Origin: Deltaproteobacteria bacterium
GTDB taxonomy: Bacteria; Desulfobacterota; Binatia; UBA12015
Direction of reading: 5' to 3'
NCBI GenBank assembly: GCA_046583355.1
Contig: JAYGCM010000008.1
Location: forward strand, 1 to 49,993
DNA: 49,993 nt
This document shows, one piece after another, positions 1-10,663 of the stretch. The notes beneath the pieces were generated by a model. It ran no database searches, was not told the origin of the DNA, and worked only from the letters and a program-made list of their open reading frames with translations. Positions within the stretch are counted from its first letter, which is position 1. Each line of letters begins with the position of its first letter. The position numbers and the translations under genes are program-made.

Positions 1-536
<536 letters not shown>

Positions 537-537
<1 letters not shown>

Positions 538-565
538 GGGGACGTGTACCCGATTCTGTCCCCTT
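537..565. repeat. REP-like palindromic element, copy 1 (AGGGGAC-N14-GTCCCCT)
   Basis: AGGGGACGTGTACCCGATTCTGTCCCCTT; nearly identical to the reverse complement of 6688-6717; degenerate copy at about 636-658. Confidence 0.65.
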
Positions 566-713
566 GCCTCCGCCGCAGAACCTGGAACCTGCCGATCGAC
601 CATCGAGTATTCGATCTGCATGTCGCTTGAGCAGACGCGTACCGAATTCCGTCTCTACAGACGTGGCAAGAACGTTCTTCGAGTCCGGCGCACAAAGTGT
701 TATCCCGAACTCC

Positions 714-1166
714 ATGCCTGCACCCGCACCTGCCCTTCAACTCACGCTTGCCGAGAGCGATGACGAGATCCGAGCCGCATTCGAGGTTGTGCGGCAATTG
801 CGCACGCACTTCACGTCGGCCGACCAACTACTGACGCAGATCCGGCGACAGGAGAGCCAGGGCTACCGCCTGCTCTGCGCGCTTCGCGACGGCGAGGTCG
901 TTGGCTGTGCGGGCTTTCGCAGGATCGAGAGCCTTTTTGCCGGGCGCTACCTCTACGTCGATGACCTCGTCACCTCCGAACAGGAGCGTTCCACCGGCGT
1001 CGGCAAGGCGCTCCTGGACTACCTGACGGCGCTCGGGCGAGACGAGGGACGAGGCGAGCTACACTTGGACTCGGGCGTGCAACGCAAGGACGCCCACCGC
1101 TTCTACCACCGCGAAAGTCTGACGATCGCCTCCTTCCACTTCAAGAAAACAATTGATCCCCGATGA
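714..1166 (+). CDS. GNAT family N-acetyltransferase (PhnO-like)
   Basis: YLYVDDLVTSEQERSTGVGKALL acetyl-CoA motif A and LHLDSGVQRKDAHRFY; ATG at 714 preferred over the 534 start; stop overlaps the next ATG. Confidence 0.85.
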   Translation: MPAPAPALQLTLAESDDEIRAAFEVVRQLRTHFTSADQLLTQIRRQESQGYRLLCALRDGEVVGCAGFRRIESLFAGRYLYVDDLVTSEQERSTGVGKALLDYLTALGRDEGRGELHLDSGVQRKDAHRFYHRESLTIASFHFKKTIDPR

Positions 1167-1942
1167 GCTTGCTGCACCAAATCGATGCCTTCACGAGCGT
1201 GCCCTTTCGCGGCAACCCCGCGGCCATCTGCCTCCTCGACGAAGAGGCCGATGAGACCTGGATGCAGAGCGTCGCGCTTGAGATGAATCTCTCGGAGACG
1301 GCGTTCGTGCGCCGACTGCCTAACGGGACTCGCGAGCTACGCTGGTTCACGCCCAAGGTCGAGGTCGACCTTTGTGGCCATGCCACGCTTGCGGCCGCGC
1401 ATATGCTGCGCGAGGTGGAGGAGCTTGCGAACGAGATCGTCTTCTCCACTCGCAGCGGACTTCTCACAGCAGCATTTGAGGGCGACCGGATCGTGCTGGA
1501 CTTCCCCGCCCAGCCGGCCGCACGGAACGAGCCGCCTGCGGGACTCCTCAAGGCTCTAGGTATTGAAGCGCTGGCCTGCGCCGAGAGCGCATTCGATGCA
1601 TTGGTCGAAGTCGCCGACGAAGCCACGGTTCTAACCTGCACGCCCGATTTCCGCGCGCTCGCACAGATCCCCGTGCGCGGCACGATTCTCACCAGCCTCG
1701 CCGCCGACGGCGCGTCCTACGTCTCACGCTTCTTCGCCCCGCGCTCCGGCATCGACGAGGACCCCGCAACCGGCTCCGCGCATTGCACGCTTGCCCCCTG
1801 GTACGAAGACCGCCTGGGCCCGGGCCCGATCCGCGCCCGCCAACTCTCGCCGCGCGGCGGTGTGATCGAAACCACCTGCCGGGACAACCGAGTCGAACTG
1901 CGCGGCCACGCCGTCACGACGCTCCGCGGCCAACTCGCGTGA
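1163..1942 (+). CDS. PhzF family isomerase/epimerase
   Basis: IDAFT..PFRGNPAA, EMNLSETAF, LRWFTPKVEVDLCGHATLA, SRFFAPRSGIDEDPATGSAH. Confidence 0.92.
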   Translation: MSLLHQIDAFTSVPFRGNPAAICLLDEEADETWMQSVALEMNLSETAFVRRLPNGTRELRWFTPKVEVDLCGHATLAAAHMLREVEELANEIVFSTRSGLLTAAFEGDRIVLDFPAQPAARNEPPAGLLKALGIEALACAESAFDALVEVADEATVLTCTPDFRALAQIPVRGTILTSLAADGASYVSRFFAPRSGIDEDPATGSAHCTLAPWYEDRLGPGPIRARQLSPRGGVIETTCRDNRVELRGHAVTTLRGQLA

Positions 1943-2002
1943 CGGGACAATCCTTCCCCATGGGGCAATCCGTGGCGGCCCGGAACTGATAAGGGAGCAA
2001 GC

Positions 2003-2761
2003 ATGTCGGACCTTGAGCAGGTGCGCGGCTGGATCGCGCAAGCCCAGCAGATTGTCGTTTTGACCGGGGCGGGAATCTCTACGGATTCCGGCATTCCTGA
2101 TTTCCGTGGGCCGAAGGGTTTGTGGACGAAGAACCCCGAAGCCGAAAAGATGGCGACGATCCAGCATTATGTCGCGGACACGGAGATCCGGAAGCGCGCT
2201 TGGCGGAGTCGCGTTGAGCTCTTCGCAGGCGAGCGCGAACCCAATGCCGGCCACCGCGCGCTGGTCCGACTGGAAGAACAGGGCAAGCTTCATACGTTGC
2301 TCACGCAGAACGTCGATGGGTTGCACCATAAAGCGGGCTCGTCAGCGGAAAAAATCGTCGAGATCCACGGCACGATCCGGGAAGTCATATGCCTCTCCTG
2401 CGCCGAGCGCCACCCGATGCGCCATGCCATCGAGCGCCTTGACGCAGGCGAGGAAGACCCGCCGTGCCTCAGCTGTGGGGGGATTCTCAAATCAGCCACG
2501 ATCTCATTCGGCCAGGCTCTGGTCACCCAGGACCTGATGCGCGCCGAAGAAGCCGCACGCAGCTGCGACCTCCTGCTGGCGATCGGTACCACCCTCGGTG
2601 TCTACCCCATTGCCGGCGTCGTACCGCTAGCCAAACAATCCGGCGCACGGATCGTCATCCTGAACGGCGAAAGCACCGAAATGGACGCTCTCGCCGACGT
2701 AATTCTTCAGGCCGGGATCAGCGAAACTCTCACCCTTCTCCTCGGCCCGCTATCCCCTTGA
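2003..2761 (+). CDS. cobB: NAD-dependent protein deacylase, Sir2/CobB family
   Basis: GAGISTDSGIPDFRG, TQNVDGLH, EIHG, two CxxC zinc pairs, GTTLGVYP; SD-like AGGGAG upstream. Confidence 0.9.
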   Translation: MSDLEQVRGWIAQAQQIVVLTGAGISTDSGIPDFRGPKGLWTKNPEAEKMATIQHYVADTEIRKRAWRSRVELFAGEREPNAGHRALVRLEEQGKLHTLLTQNVDGLHHKAGSSAEKIVEIHGTIREVICLSCAERHPMRHAIERLDAGEEDPPCLSCGGILKSATISFGQALVTQDLMRAEEAARSCDLLLAIGTTLGVYPIAGVVPLAKQSGARIVILNGESTEMDALADVILQAGISETLTLLLGPLSP

Positions 2762-3965
2762 GCGCGCCGGAGGACGGCAGCGAACGACCAGCGTATCCAC
2801 ATCGCGCCGTCCATCTTCTGCCCGAGCTGCGAGCTTGACCTTCGTCCGACCGGGGCGGAGCCGCCCCGAAGCCGTTTCCCGAAGCGGTACGCGCACCGCA
2901 GTAGCAGCCGTACAATAGTCGGGCGTCGCATTGACGAAGGGAGAGCCGCCGCTGAGGCCAAGCCCACCCGCACCGATGCGGTGCCGCAGAAGCGCGCCGA
3001 GTTCACGCTCGAAGGGCTGGCCACCACGCGTGCACGGCCGCAGCACCTCGACGCCAGCAAGCGGCGACACCACGCAGGCGGGCGCACGAGGATCGGTCTG
3101 GCCGAGACAGAGCGAGAGCTGAATGGTGCATCCCGTTTCATCGTCCGGTTCGGCGTCGCAGGCCGGATCGCCGGCGACACAATCGATTTTTCGGCTCGGC
3201 CACTGAGCCCCACCACGTGGCGCCGGGGGGGTCGTCCTCATCTCAAGGAGACATTCGCTACTGGAGTTCGGCGAACCTCCGAGAATACATTCATTCGTCT
3301 CAGCACTACCCGAACAATCGCCGCCATCTGGCAGGGGTTCGGAGATAATCAGATGCCGGCCGGTCGCGACGGCCGCGAGTCGCGACTCCTCGCCGCTTGG
3401 TGAAAGGGGCGAAGAATCAGATCCGGCGGATCACTCGAACTATAGGAGCGCAGCGCCGGCGCCGGCAGGCCGTCGACCGCAGCGGTATCCCACGAGCCGT
3501 CTGCCAAGCGCGCGAGCGTGCCAAAGGAGATTCCCTTCGCGACCAAGGCGGCCTGACCACCCGGCGCGATCGCGTCGCGGATGGCCTGCAGATCGTCCGT
3601 GAGTTGGCGCGCGAGCATCTCGATCAACCCGGAGCCATGCATGCTGATCGTGCGCCGTGAATTGCCGACGTTCTGCAATGTGAGTCGGCCACCGAGTTCA
3701 TCGAGAAAATCACCATCGCCCTTGCGCAGCGGGCGGCCCCTTCTTGTGTCGTCCACATCGCACGGAAAAGCGTCTCACCGTGGCGGAGAAGTTCGTCGGT
3801 TGGCAGAGCCGCTGCCTCACCATCGGCGAGGTGGTGCGCAACCGCGACTTCGCGGCCGATCATGCTCGCGTCCTGGGCCAAGACCGGAGAGCCAGCGAGA
3901 AGAAAAGTCCAAAAGATAGTCGAAACAAACTTGAATCGGAGCATGAGGAATACCGTGAGAATCAA
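2750..3965 (-). pseudogene. Fragmented secreted di-heme oxidoreductase (thiol oxidoreductase/DHOR-like) with a C-terminal Cys-rich domain
   Basis: Three collinear pieces in different frames: signal peptide + IGREVAVAHHLADGE...WTTQEG (3965-3740); GRPLRKG...GSGLIEMLARQLT...LILRPFHQA (3740-3395); CILGGS...ECLLEM...DPACD...DVDTLVVRCRP (about 3395-2750). No CxxCH remains. Family assignment is from recalled similarity. Confidence 0.6.
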
Positions 3966-4078
3966 CTATCGGCGCAAACGCAGCGTTGGACAATAGAGGA
4001 TTCGACGCAGGGCCGGTGCCGAAGGAAGAGGCGGGAAACCTTCCGCCGAGGGCGCAAACGCCCCCGGCGGAAGGTCCT

Positions 4079-5623
4079 TCAGAATTGCGCGAAGATCGGG
4101 CCGTCGACGAAGGCACCGACCGGTGACGGAACAGGACCGCCGCTGTCGCCACAGGATCCGTTGGCCGTGCCGTCGTCAAAGACGTCGCAATCCTCTTCGA
4201 GGTTGTCGGCGGCGTTGAACATCACGCACGCCGCGCAGCGGCCGGCGTCTACGACACATTCAGAGAAGTCGGCCACATCCGCCGCGGTGGCGGCGCAATC
4301 GCCCTGCAACGCATCGCTGATCGCGTGATCAAATGCCGTACACTTTCTGCCCACAGCATCGGCGAGCTTCACGCGTGCCTTCTCGACCTTGCCCTTGACG
4401 TCGTTGCGAATCGCGCCGTAGCAGGCCTCCAGATCCTCGGCCGAAACAGCAGGCGCCTCGCGATTCTTCAGAACATCTTTCTTGCAGCTCAGGAATTCCT
4501 TGAGCTGCGTCTGCAGGATCTTGTCCGATGCCCTGACCAGGACCTGCTGACAGGCGCCCAGCTTCTTCTGTGCCTTGTCGGTCAGGTCGATCGCGGCGGC
4601 ATCGACATCGTCGCCGAGAATTTCCGCGAAGAAGGCGCGCTGCTCGGCCGCCACGGCCGCGACGATCACCTCGTCATCGGCATAGGCGAAGTTCGGCGTC
4701 TCGGGGCATTTCGTCTTGCTCGGATCGTCGACGTGACCGTCCTGAGTGACCTTGATCTTCGCGGCGATCTTCACCAGCTTGCCTTTCGGATCGCTCTCCA
4801 GACATGCGGCAATCGACTGCCCCTCAGGAAGCTTGTCCTTGCCGCCGTTCTTCAAGCATTTCAGGTTCTCCTTGCCCTGCGTCGCCGCGACCTTCACCGC
4901 CAGGTTGTTCAGAATCGTAATACATTTCTGCTGATCCTTGGTCTGTGACGCTTCGGTCTGACAGCGACTCGAGCAACCGTCGCCACCGGAGTTGTTGCCA
5001 TCGTCGCAACTCTCGCTGATCTCGACGTGATTGTTGCCGCAACCTTCTTCGATCGTACAGAGCGCGGAACACCAATCGCCATCGACGTTGTTGCCGTCAT
5101 CGCATTCCTCGGCCGCATCGACAATGCCGTCGCCGCAGGCCGCGAATTCGGTCAAGGCGATGCTCACGAAATGGCCATCGTTGTTGATATCACGGCTGCC
5201 CGGACCGGGGTACGACGAAGCCGTCTCGCCCGCGCTGACCGCATAGCCGCTGGGCGCGCCCATATCGGTGCTCGCCGAACCTCCACCGTCGCTGTTGAGA
5301 GTCAGGGCATCCGTCGAGCGAACACCGATATCAAGTTGGTAATCGCCCGGGGCCGTTACCGTGAAGCTGATCGTATAATTCGAGTTCAGCGTCGTCGAGC
5401 TGGTGCCCGTGCCGCCATTGTCGACGCCCACACCGAAGCGATAACGCGTTTCGAGGACCGATGAATTGTCCGTATCGATCCCGACGCTGGAAATGCGGTT
5501 TGAGTTGTTCCCCGAACTCGCATTCGAAACGCTGGCGCCCGAAAGCCCGGCCTGCGCGGCGACGGGCAGCAGCAGAGAAGCGAAGGTGGCAAGGACAACA
5601 GACCAATGGTGGCTACGCAGCAT
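4079..5623 (-). CDS. Secreted protein with two myxococcal Cys-rich (DUF4215-like) repeats, a Cys-rich helical domain and a C-terminal SPVGAFVDGPIF tail
   Basis: Signal peptide ending AAQA; CGDGIVDAAEECDDGN...CSALC and CGNNHVEISESCDDGN...CSSRC repeats; Ser/Thr/Gly-rich N-terminal domain. Confidence 0.8.
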   Translation of the reverse strand: MLRSHHWSVVLATFASLLLPVAAQAGLSGASVSNASSGNNSNRISSVGIDTDNSSVLETRYRFGVGVDNGGTGTSSTTLNSNYTISFTVTAPGDYQLDIGVRSTDALTLNSDGGGSASTDMGAPSGYAVSAGETASSYPGPGSRDINNDGHFVSIALTEFAACGDGIVDAAEECDDGNNVDGDWCSALCTIEEGCGNNHVEISESCDDGNNSGGDGCSSRCQTEASQTKDQQKCITILNNLAVKVAATQGKENLKCLKNGGKDKLPEGQSIAACLESDPKGKLVKIAAKIKVTQDGHVDDPSKTKCPETPNFAYADDEVIVAAVAAEQRAFFAEILGDDVDAAAIDLTDKAQKKLGACQQVLVRASDKILQTQLKEFLSCKKDVLKNREAPAVSAEDLEACYGAIRNDVKGKVEKARVKLADAVGRKCTAFDHAISDALQGDCAATAADVADFSECVVDAGRCAACVMFNAADNLEEDCDVFDDGTANGSCGDSGGPVPSPVGAFVDGPIFAQF

Positions 5624-5697
5624 CAGGACCTCTTACTTTTCCAGAAAACACGAACAACGAACGAAAATTGACGGGCCAAGGGGGAGGGCCGGACGCG

Positions 5698-5727
5698 ATT
5701 CTGGCGAGTCCGCCGCCTTATTGTCAA
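5698..5727 (-). promoter_or_regulatory. Putative sigma70 promoter for the 514-aa secreted protein
   Basis: Minus strand TTGACA-N18-CAGAAT, about 75 nt upstream of the start codon. Confidence 0.45.
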
Positions 5728-6029
5728 GGCTGATTCTCGGATAAATCCACAAGCCAGGCAGAAATCAACGACTCCGCCCACATACTGAAACCTCCCCCCT
5801 GGTAGATACGGCGGCTCCCCACTCGACAAAATCCTGCGGGGTGAAGTCTCCGCGCCTCCGCAGCCACGGGCAGCTACACGCTCGGCCCCGCACCGAGGGC
5901 GATGCCCCGCCCGGCGATAAAACGGTATTGACTCGCCCTCCGAATTGCGCGAAGCTGCCAAGCGCATACCCCCGGTTTCCGCATACTTTTCCCCAAACTT
6001 CCCAAGCTCTCTCCTGACCGGCGGCACGC

Positions 6030-6651
6030 CCGGCGCTGGCTCGCGAGCGTCGCGGCCTTGCTCCTGGCCGGTCCCGCGTCGGCCGCCATGATCTTCGAGA
6101 GCGGCCCCGTCCGGCCGATCGCCCTTTCACCCGACGGGACCAGGCTCTATATCGCCAATCTACCCGATGCCAGGCTGGAGATCCTCGCGTTTCGCTGCGC
6201 AACGACGCCACGGGGAGCGACACCGGCCGCGTGCGCATCACCGCCCGCCTCGCCGTAGGTGAGAACGCCGATCTGCCGGCGCTCGCGGCCGCCGGCCTGC
6301 GCATCCGGCTGCACGACGGCAACGATCGTATCCTCCTTGGGCGCCCATTAGCCCGATATGGCCGACCACCGGCAGCGGAATACAGCGTGGGAGCTGCGCT
6401 CGACGAGTTCGGCTCGCTACCAGAGCAACCGCGCGGACGGTACGGACCGCATCCACCTGCGCCACCGCCAGGATCGCGGCGAACTCAGCCTCCGACTCAA
6501 GCTGCGGCAGAGCGTCGGCCTGGAAGAATTCACGCCGCCACTTACACTCACCATCGGCTTTGCTGACGAGGAAGGGATGCTCGCCTGCGCGCGCGCCAGC
6601 TTCCCGGCCGAAAACCTCCGCCTGGCACCACACCGTCTCCGCACGAAATAA
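6030..6651 (+). pseudogene. Collapsed secreted YVTN/YncE beta-propeller protein (N-terminal stub joined out of frame to a C-terminal domain)
   Basis: Signal-like LASVAALLLAGPASAA then FESGPVRPIALSPDGTRLYIANLPDARLEIL (first propeller blade); frame switch near 6195 to LRNDATGSDTGRVRITARL...GLRIRLHDG; another switch near 6345 to ...PPLTLTIGF..ACARASF; no clear start codon. Confidence 0.55.
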
Positions 6652-6687
6652 ACAATCCCGAGATTCCAGTGTCCGCTTGAAGAGAAC

Positions 6688-6717
6688 AAGGGGACAGATT
6701 TCGGTACACGTCCCCTT
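6688..6717. repeat. REP-like palindromic element, copy 2 (inverted relative to copy 1)
   Basis: AAGGGGACAGATTTCGGTACACGTCCCCTT, followed by a partial opposite copy AAGCGGACGTGT. Confidence 0.65.
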
Positions 6718-6743
6718 AAGCGGACGTGTGTTAGGGTTGGGGA

Positions 6744-7448
6744 GTGTCTGGATCAGAAGAGAAGACGATCGCGCCAGATGAGCCGGCGGCTACTGTGATT
6801 TTGTTGCGCGATGGGGGCGATGGCGTTGAGACGCTGATGCTGAAGCGCAACTCGAAGCTGAATTTCGCTGGGGGACTTTGGGTTTTTCCGGGCGGACGGG
6901 TCGACGAAGAGGACAAGGCCGGCCTCGCAAGCGACGACGATTGTGCAGCGGCGCGGGTTTGTGCGGCGCGCGAGGCGCGCGAAGAAGCGGCATTGAAGGT
7001 GGAGAGCAGCCGACTCCTGCCCTTCTCGCATTGGACGCCGCCGGATCAATCACCGCGCCGGTTTCTGACTTGGTTTTTCGTCGCGGCCGCGCCGGAAGGT
7101 AATGTAGAGATTGACCAGGGCGAGATCCACGACCACCGCTGGGTGACACCCGCCGAGGGCCTGCGGCGGATCCGCGACAACGATATTCAGGTATTGCCAC
7201 CAACACTTGTTACGTTGAGCGAGATCGACGGCTTCGCCAGCACGGCCGAAATGCTTGCCCATTTCAAAGACGTAAAACCCGAATTCTATCGCACCCGCAT
7301 CGGACTGGGGCCGCTAGGCGCTACGGCTCTCTGGCATGGGGACGCCGGCTACGCAGACACCGACCCGGCGGTGGCAGGCCCGCGCCACCGCGTCGTCATG
7401 GCCGACGGGCAATGGCTCTACGAGCGCGACGCCGAGACGCGCCCATGA
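6744..7448 (+). CDS. NUDIX hydrolase (Nudt19-like)
   Basis: PAATVILLRD, FAGGLWVFPGGRVDEED...AAREAREEAAL Nudix box, HWTPP..SPRRFLTWFF. Confidence 0.9.
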   Translation: MSGSEEKTIAPDEPAATVILLRDGGDGVETLMLKRNSKLNFAGGLWVFPGGRVDEEDKAGLASDDDCAAARVCAAREAREEAALKVESSRLLPFSHWTPPDQSPRRFLTWFFVAAAPEGNVEIDQGEIHDHRWVTPAEGLRRIRDNDIQVLPPTLVTLSEIDGFASTAEMLAHFKDVKPEFYRTRIGLGPLGATALWHGDAGYADTDPAVAGPRHRVVMADGQWLYERDAETRP

Positions 7449-8080
7449 GTCGCACGATGGATGCCGTCCTCTTCGATTACGGCGGGGTCTTCACCGACTC
7501 GCCCTTTGCGGCCATAGAAAAGCTCGGCACCTCCATGGGCGCCGCCCCCGGCCTGCTGATGAAGATCATCTTCGGCCCCTATGGCGACAACACCGACCAC
7601 CCCTGGCATCAACTCGAGCGCGGCGAAATCACCCTCACGGCCGCGCGAGAGACCATCATATCCTTGGGCAAGGAGCACGGCCTCGACACCGATATCTACA
7701 AATTCTTCACTTTCATGGGCGGCAGCGGCGGCATCCGCGAGTCCTTCGTGGAACTGGTCCGTGACCTGAAAGCCGCGGGCTACAAAACCGGCATGATCAC
7801 CAATAATGTCCTCGAGTTCCGCGAGCATTGGGTTAAAACCTTGCCGATCGACGAACTCTTCGACTCGGTCGTCGATTCCAGCGAGGTCGGCCTGCGCAAA
7901 CCCGACCCTGCGATCTTCCTCCATACACTCGCCGAGTTGGAGGTGGCGCCCGAGAGAGCCATATTCCTTGACGATTTCGAGGGGAATATAATCGCGGCAC
8001 GCGCGACCGGCCTGCACGCCATCCTGGTGAACCCGGAATATCACGGCGCGATCGAAGAAGTGCGCCGGCTGACCGAATAG
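7445..8080 (+). CDS. HAD-IA family phosphatase
   Basis: Motif I AVLFDYGGV, ITNN, SSEVGLRKPDPAIF, FLDD; ATGA overlap with the NUDIX stop. Confidence 0.9.
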   Translation: MSRTMDAVLFDYGGVFTDSPFAAIEKLGTSMGAAPGLLMKIIFGPYGDNTDHPWHQLERGEITLTAARETIISLGKEHGLDTDIYKFFTFMGGSGGIRESFVELVRDLKAAGYKTGMITNNVLEFREHWVKTLPIDELFDSVVDSSEVGLRKPDPAIFLHTLAELEVAPERAIFLDDFEGNIIAARATGLHAILVNPEYHGAIEEVRRLTE

Positions 8081-8093
8081 CGCCATCACCCCC

Positions 8094-8122
8094 TTGCGTC
8101 CGCCGGAACAGGGGCTTATTCT
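8094..8122 (+). promoter_or_regulatory. Putative sigma70 promoter of the sahR-ahcY operon
   Basis: TTGCGT (8094-8099)-N17-TATTCT (8117-8122). Confidence 0.6.
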
Positions 8123-8124
8123 CC

Positions 8125-8140
8125 ATCCGTTCCTCCGGAT
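8125..8140. promoter_or_regulatory. Putative SahR operator, ATCCG-N6-CGGAT
   Basis: Palindrome with perfect 5-bp arms overlapping the predicted transcription start; same geometry as the ATC-N10-GAT SahR-type sites. Confidence 0.6.
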
Positions 8141-8143
8141 TTA

Positions 8144-9106
8144 GTGATGAATGAAGCCGCCCCCCTCCTCGGCTGGATGAGCGCCCTCGCGGACGCCACC
8201 CGCGCCCGAACTCTACGCCTGGTGGAGCACCACGAACTGACGGTGGCCGACCTCTGCGCCATCCTGCAGGCACCGCAATCCACCGTGAGTCGGCATCTCA
8301 AGGTACTCTCGGGCGAGGGCTGGGTGGAAGCACGGCCCGAAGGAACCAGCCGCCTCTACCGTATGCCGAAGGAGTCGCTGGCCGAGCCTGCGCGCCGCCT
8401 ATGGCGGCTGGTGCGCGAGGAGACCGCCGAATTGCCGAGCACGCTGCTCGACGACCAACGTCTTGAGAGCGTATTGGCCGAGCGCCGCCGTCCGTCCGAG
8501 GAATTCTTCCGCTCGGCCGTCGGTAGGTGGGACCACCTGCGCGGCGAGATGTTCGGACAACGCTTCGACCTCCACGCCTTGGGCGCCCTGCTCGATGAGA
8601 CCTGGACCGTCGCCGATCTGGGCTGCGGCACAGGCGAGCTGGCCGCCAACCTGGCTCCCTTCGTGCACCGCGTGATCGGCGTCGATAGCTCCAGCGAAAT
8701 GCTGCGCTCAGCGCGCAAGCGGCTCGGGCACCTGGACAATGTCGAGTTGCACCGCGGCCAACTCGAAGCCCTGCCGCTGGACAACGCCAGCGTCAACGCC
8801 GTGACCGTCTGCCTCGTGCTGCACCATGTGCCAGACCCGGCTGCCGTCCTCAAAGAAATCGCACGCGTATTGCGGCCCGGAGGCAAGGCTCTGCTGATCG
8901 ATATGCAGCGCCACGAACGCAGCGAATACCGCCAGCAGATGGGGCACGTCTGGCTGGGTTTCCAAGAAGAAGAAATTCGAGCCTGGTTCGCCGACGCGGG
9001 CCTTGCGGCTGTCCATATCCACCCGATACCCCCGGATCCGAAGGCCAAAGGGCCTTCCCTCTTTGCCGCAATCGCGCGCAAGAGCGGGGCGCAAACCGTT
9101 CATTGA
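8144..9106 (+). CDS. sahR: ArsR-family HTH fused to a class I SAM-dependent methyltransferase domain (SahR-type regulator)
   Basis: [11 protein letters not shown]...ELTVADLC...[26 protein letters not shown] motif; LVLHHVPDP; directly upstream of ahcY. Confidence 0.85.
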   Translation: MMNEAAPLLGWMSALADATRARTLRLVEHHELTVADLCAILQAPQSTVSRHLKVLSGEGWVEARPEGTSRLYRMPKESLAEPARRLWRLVREETAELPSTLLDDQRLESVLAERRRPSEEFFRSAVGRWDHLRGEMFGQRFDLHALGALLDETWTVADLGCGTGELAANLAPFVHRVIGVDSSSEMLRSARKRLGHLDNVELHRGQLEALPLDNASVNAVTVCLVLHHVPDPAAVLKEIARVLRPGGKALLIDMQRHERSEYRQQMGHVWLGFQEEEIRAWFADAGLAAVHIHPIPPDPKAKGPSLFAAIARKSGAQTVH

Positions 9107-9129
9107 ACCGACAAACGAAAGGAAGTCGC

Positions 9130-10599
9130 ATGAATACCGTAGAGAAATTGAATTCCCAAGGTCGCCCGGCCTACAAGATCGCCGACCTCAGCCTGGCTGA
9201 GTTGGGCCGCAAGGAGCTCCGCCTGGCGGAGCAGGAAATGCCGGGGTTGATGTCCCTGCGCGAGAAATTCGGCAAGGAGAAGCCGCTGGCTGGCGCCAAA
9301 GTGATGGGCTCGTTGCATATGACGGTGCAAACCGCCGTGCTGATCGAGACCTTGGTCGACCTCGGCGCCGATGTGCGCTGGGTTTCCTGTAATATTTTCT
9401 CAACTCAGAACTCCGCTGCTGCCGCCATCGTGGTCGGTCGCGATGGTACAATCGATGACCCCAAGGGCACGCCCGTCTTTGCCTGGAAGGGCGAGACTCT
9501 CGAAGAATATTGGGATTGCACCAACGAGGCGCTGGTCTGGCCCGACGGAACTGGTCCCGACCTCATCGTCGACGACGGCGGCGACGCCACATTGCTGGTG
9601 CATAAGGGCCTCGAATACGAGAAGTCCGGCGTCATCCCCGACTTCGACCCCGAGAAGGACTCCGAGGAATACGGCGTCATTCTCGATCTCATCCGCAAGG
9701 TCGCGAAAACCGCACCGGACCAATGGGCCCGCGTCAACGCGACGCTGCGCGGCGTCTCGGAAGAGACCACCACGGGCGTGCTGCGCCTCTACCAGATGGC
9801 CAAAGAAGGCGGCCTGCTCTTCCCGGCCATCAACGTGAACGATTCAGTCACGAAGTCGAAATTCGACAACGTCTACGGCTGCCGACACTCATTGATTGAC
9901 GGCCTGAACCGCGCCACCGACGTCATGCTCGGCGGCAAGCTCGCCGTGGTCTGTGGCTTCGGCGAAGTCGGCAAGGGCTCCGCCGAGTCGCTACGCGGCC
10001 AAGGCTGCCGCGTCATCGTCACCGAGATCGACCCGATCTGTGCCTTGCAGGCAGCGATGCAGGGCTACCAGGTCGCCCCGCTCGAGGACTTCGTCGCGAC
10101 CGCCGACCTCTTCGTCACCACGACCGGCAACTTCAATATCATCACGGCCGCGCATATGTCGAAGATGAAAGACAAGGCCATCGTCGGCAATATCGGGCAT
10201 TTCGACAACGAGATCGACATGGCCGGCCTGCAGAAGATCGAGGGCATCAAGCGCATCAACATCAAGCCGCAATACGATGAGTGGGTCTTCCCCGACGGCC
10301 ACTCGGTTTTGATTCTGGCCGAAGGCCGGCTGCTCAACCTGGGTTGCGCCACCGGCCATCCCTCGTTCGTGATGAGCGCCTCGTTCACCAACCAGGTGCT
10401 TGCCCAGCTCGAACTCTGGCAGAACCCGGACAAATACGGCAACGACGTCTTCATGCTGCCCAAGGAGCTCGACGAAGAAGTCGCCCGGCTTCACCTCGGC
10501 CAGCTCGGCGTCAAGCTCACGACGCTCACGCAAGAGCAATCCGACTATTTGGGAATCCCCATCGGCGGCCCCTACAAGCCGGACCATTACCGCTACTAG
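9130..10599 (+). CDS. ahcY: Adenosylhomocysteinase
   Basis: [88 protein letters not shown]. Confidence 0.98.
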   Translation: MNTVEKLNSQGRPAYKIADLSLAELGRKELRLAEQEMPGLMSLREKFGKEKPLAGAKVMGSLHMTVQTAVLIETLVDLGADVRWVSCNIFSTQNSAAAAIVVGRDGTIDDPKGTPVFAWKGETLEEYWDCTNEALVWPDGTGPDLIVDDGGDATLLVHKGLEYEKSGVIPDFDPEKDSEEYGVILDLIRKVAKTAPDQWARVNATLRGVSEETTTGVLRLYQMAKEGGLLFPAINVNDSVTKSKFDNVYGCRHSLIDGLNRATDVMLGGKLAVVCGFGEVGKGSAESLRGQGCRVIVTEIDPICALQAAMQGYQVAPLEDFVATADLFVTTTGNFNIITAAHMSKMKDKAIVGNIGHFDNEIDMAGLQKIEGIKRINIKPQYDEWVFPDGHSVLILAEGRLLNLGCATGHPSFVMSASFTNQVLAQLELWQNPDKYGNDVFMLPKELDEEVARLHLGQLGVKLTTLTQEQSDYLGIPIGGPYKPDHYRY

Positions 10600-10628
10600 C
10601 GGCGAGGCCGAAAGGTCGGCTACACCTG

Positions 10629-10663
10629 AAAAAAAGGGCGGGCTCGCAAGAGCCCGCCCTTTT
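10629..10663. terminator. Bidirectional intrinsic terminator between ahcY and the transketolase
   Basis: AAAAAAAGGGCGGGCTC-GCAA-GAGCCCGCCCTTTT between convergent genes. Confidence 0.85.

Noticed and set aside
714..2761. GNAT + sirtuin as the Pat/CobB switch for Acs, or as a Sir2 anti-phage system
   Set aside because: The GNAT is a small PhnO-like enzyme rather than Pat, acs is 12 kb away, and the sirtuin is a classical zinc-binding deacylase without defence partners.
3730..3745. Programmed frameshift in the oxidoreductase
   Set aside because: Restoring the frame would still give a protein without heme-binding motifs; further deletions indicate decay.
9040..9130. SAH or SAM riboswitch before ahcY
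   Set aside because: Only 23 nt separate sahR and ahcY and no aptamer consensus was seen; regulation is explained by SahR.
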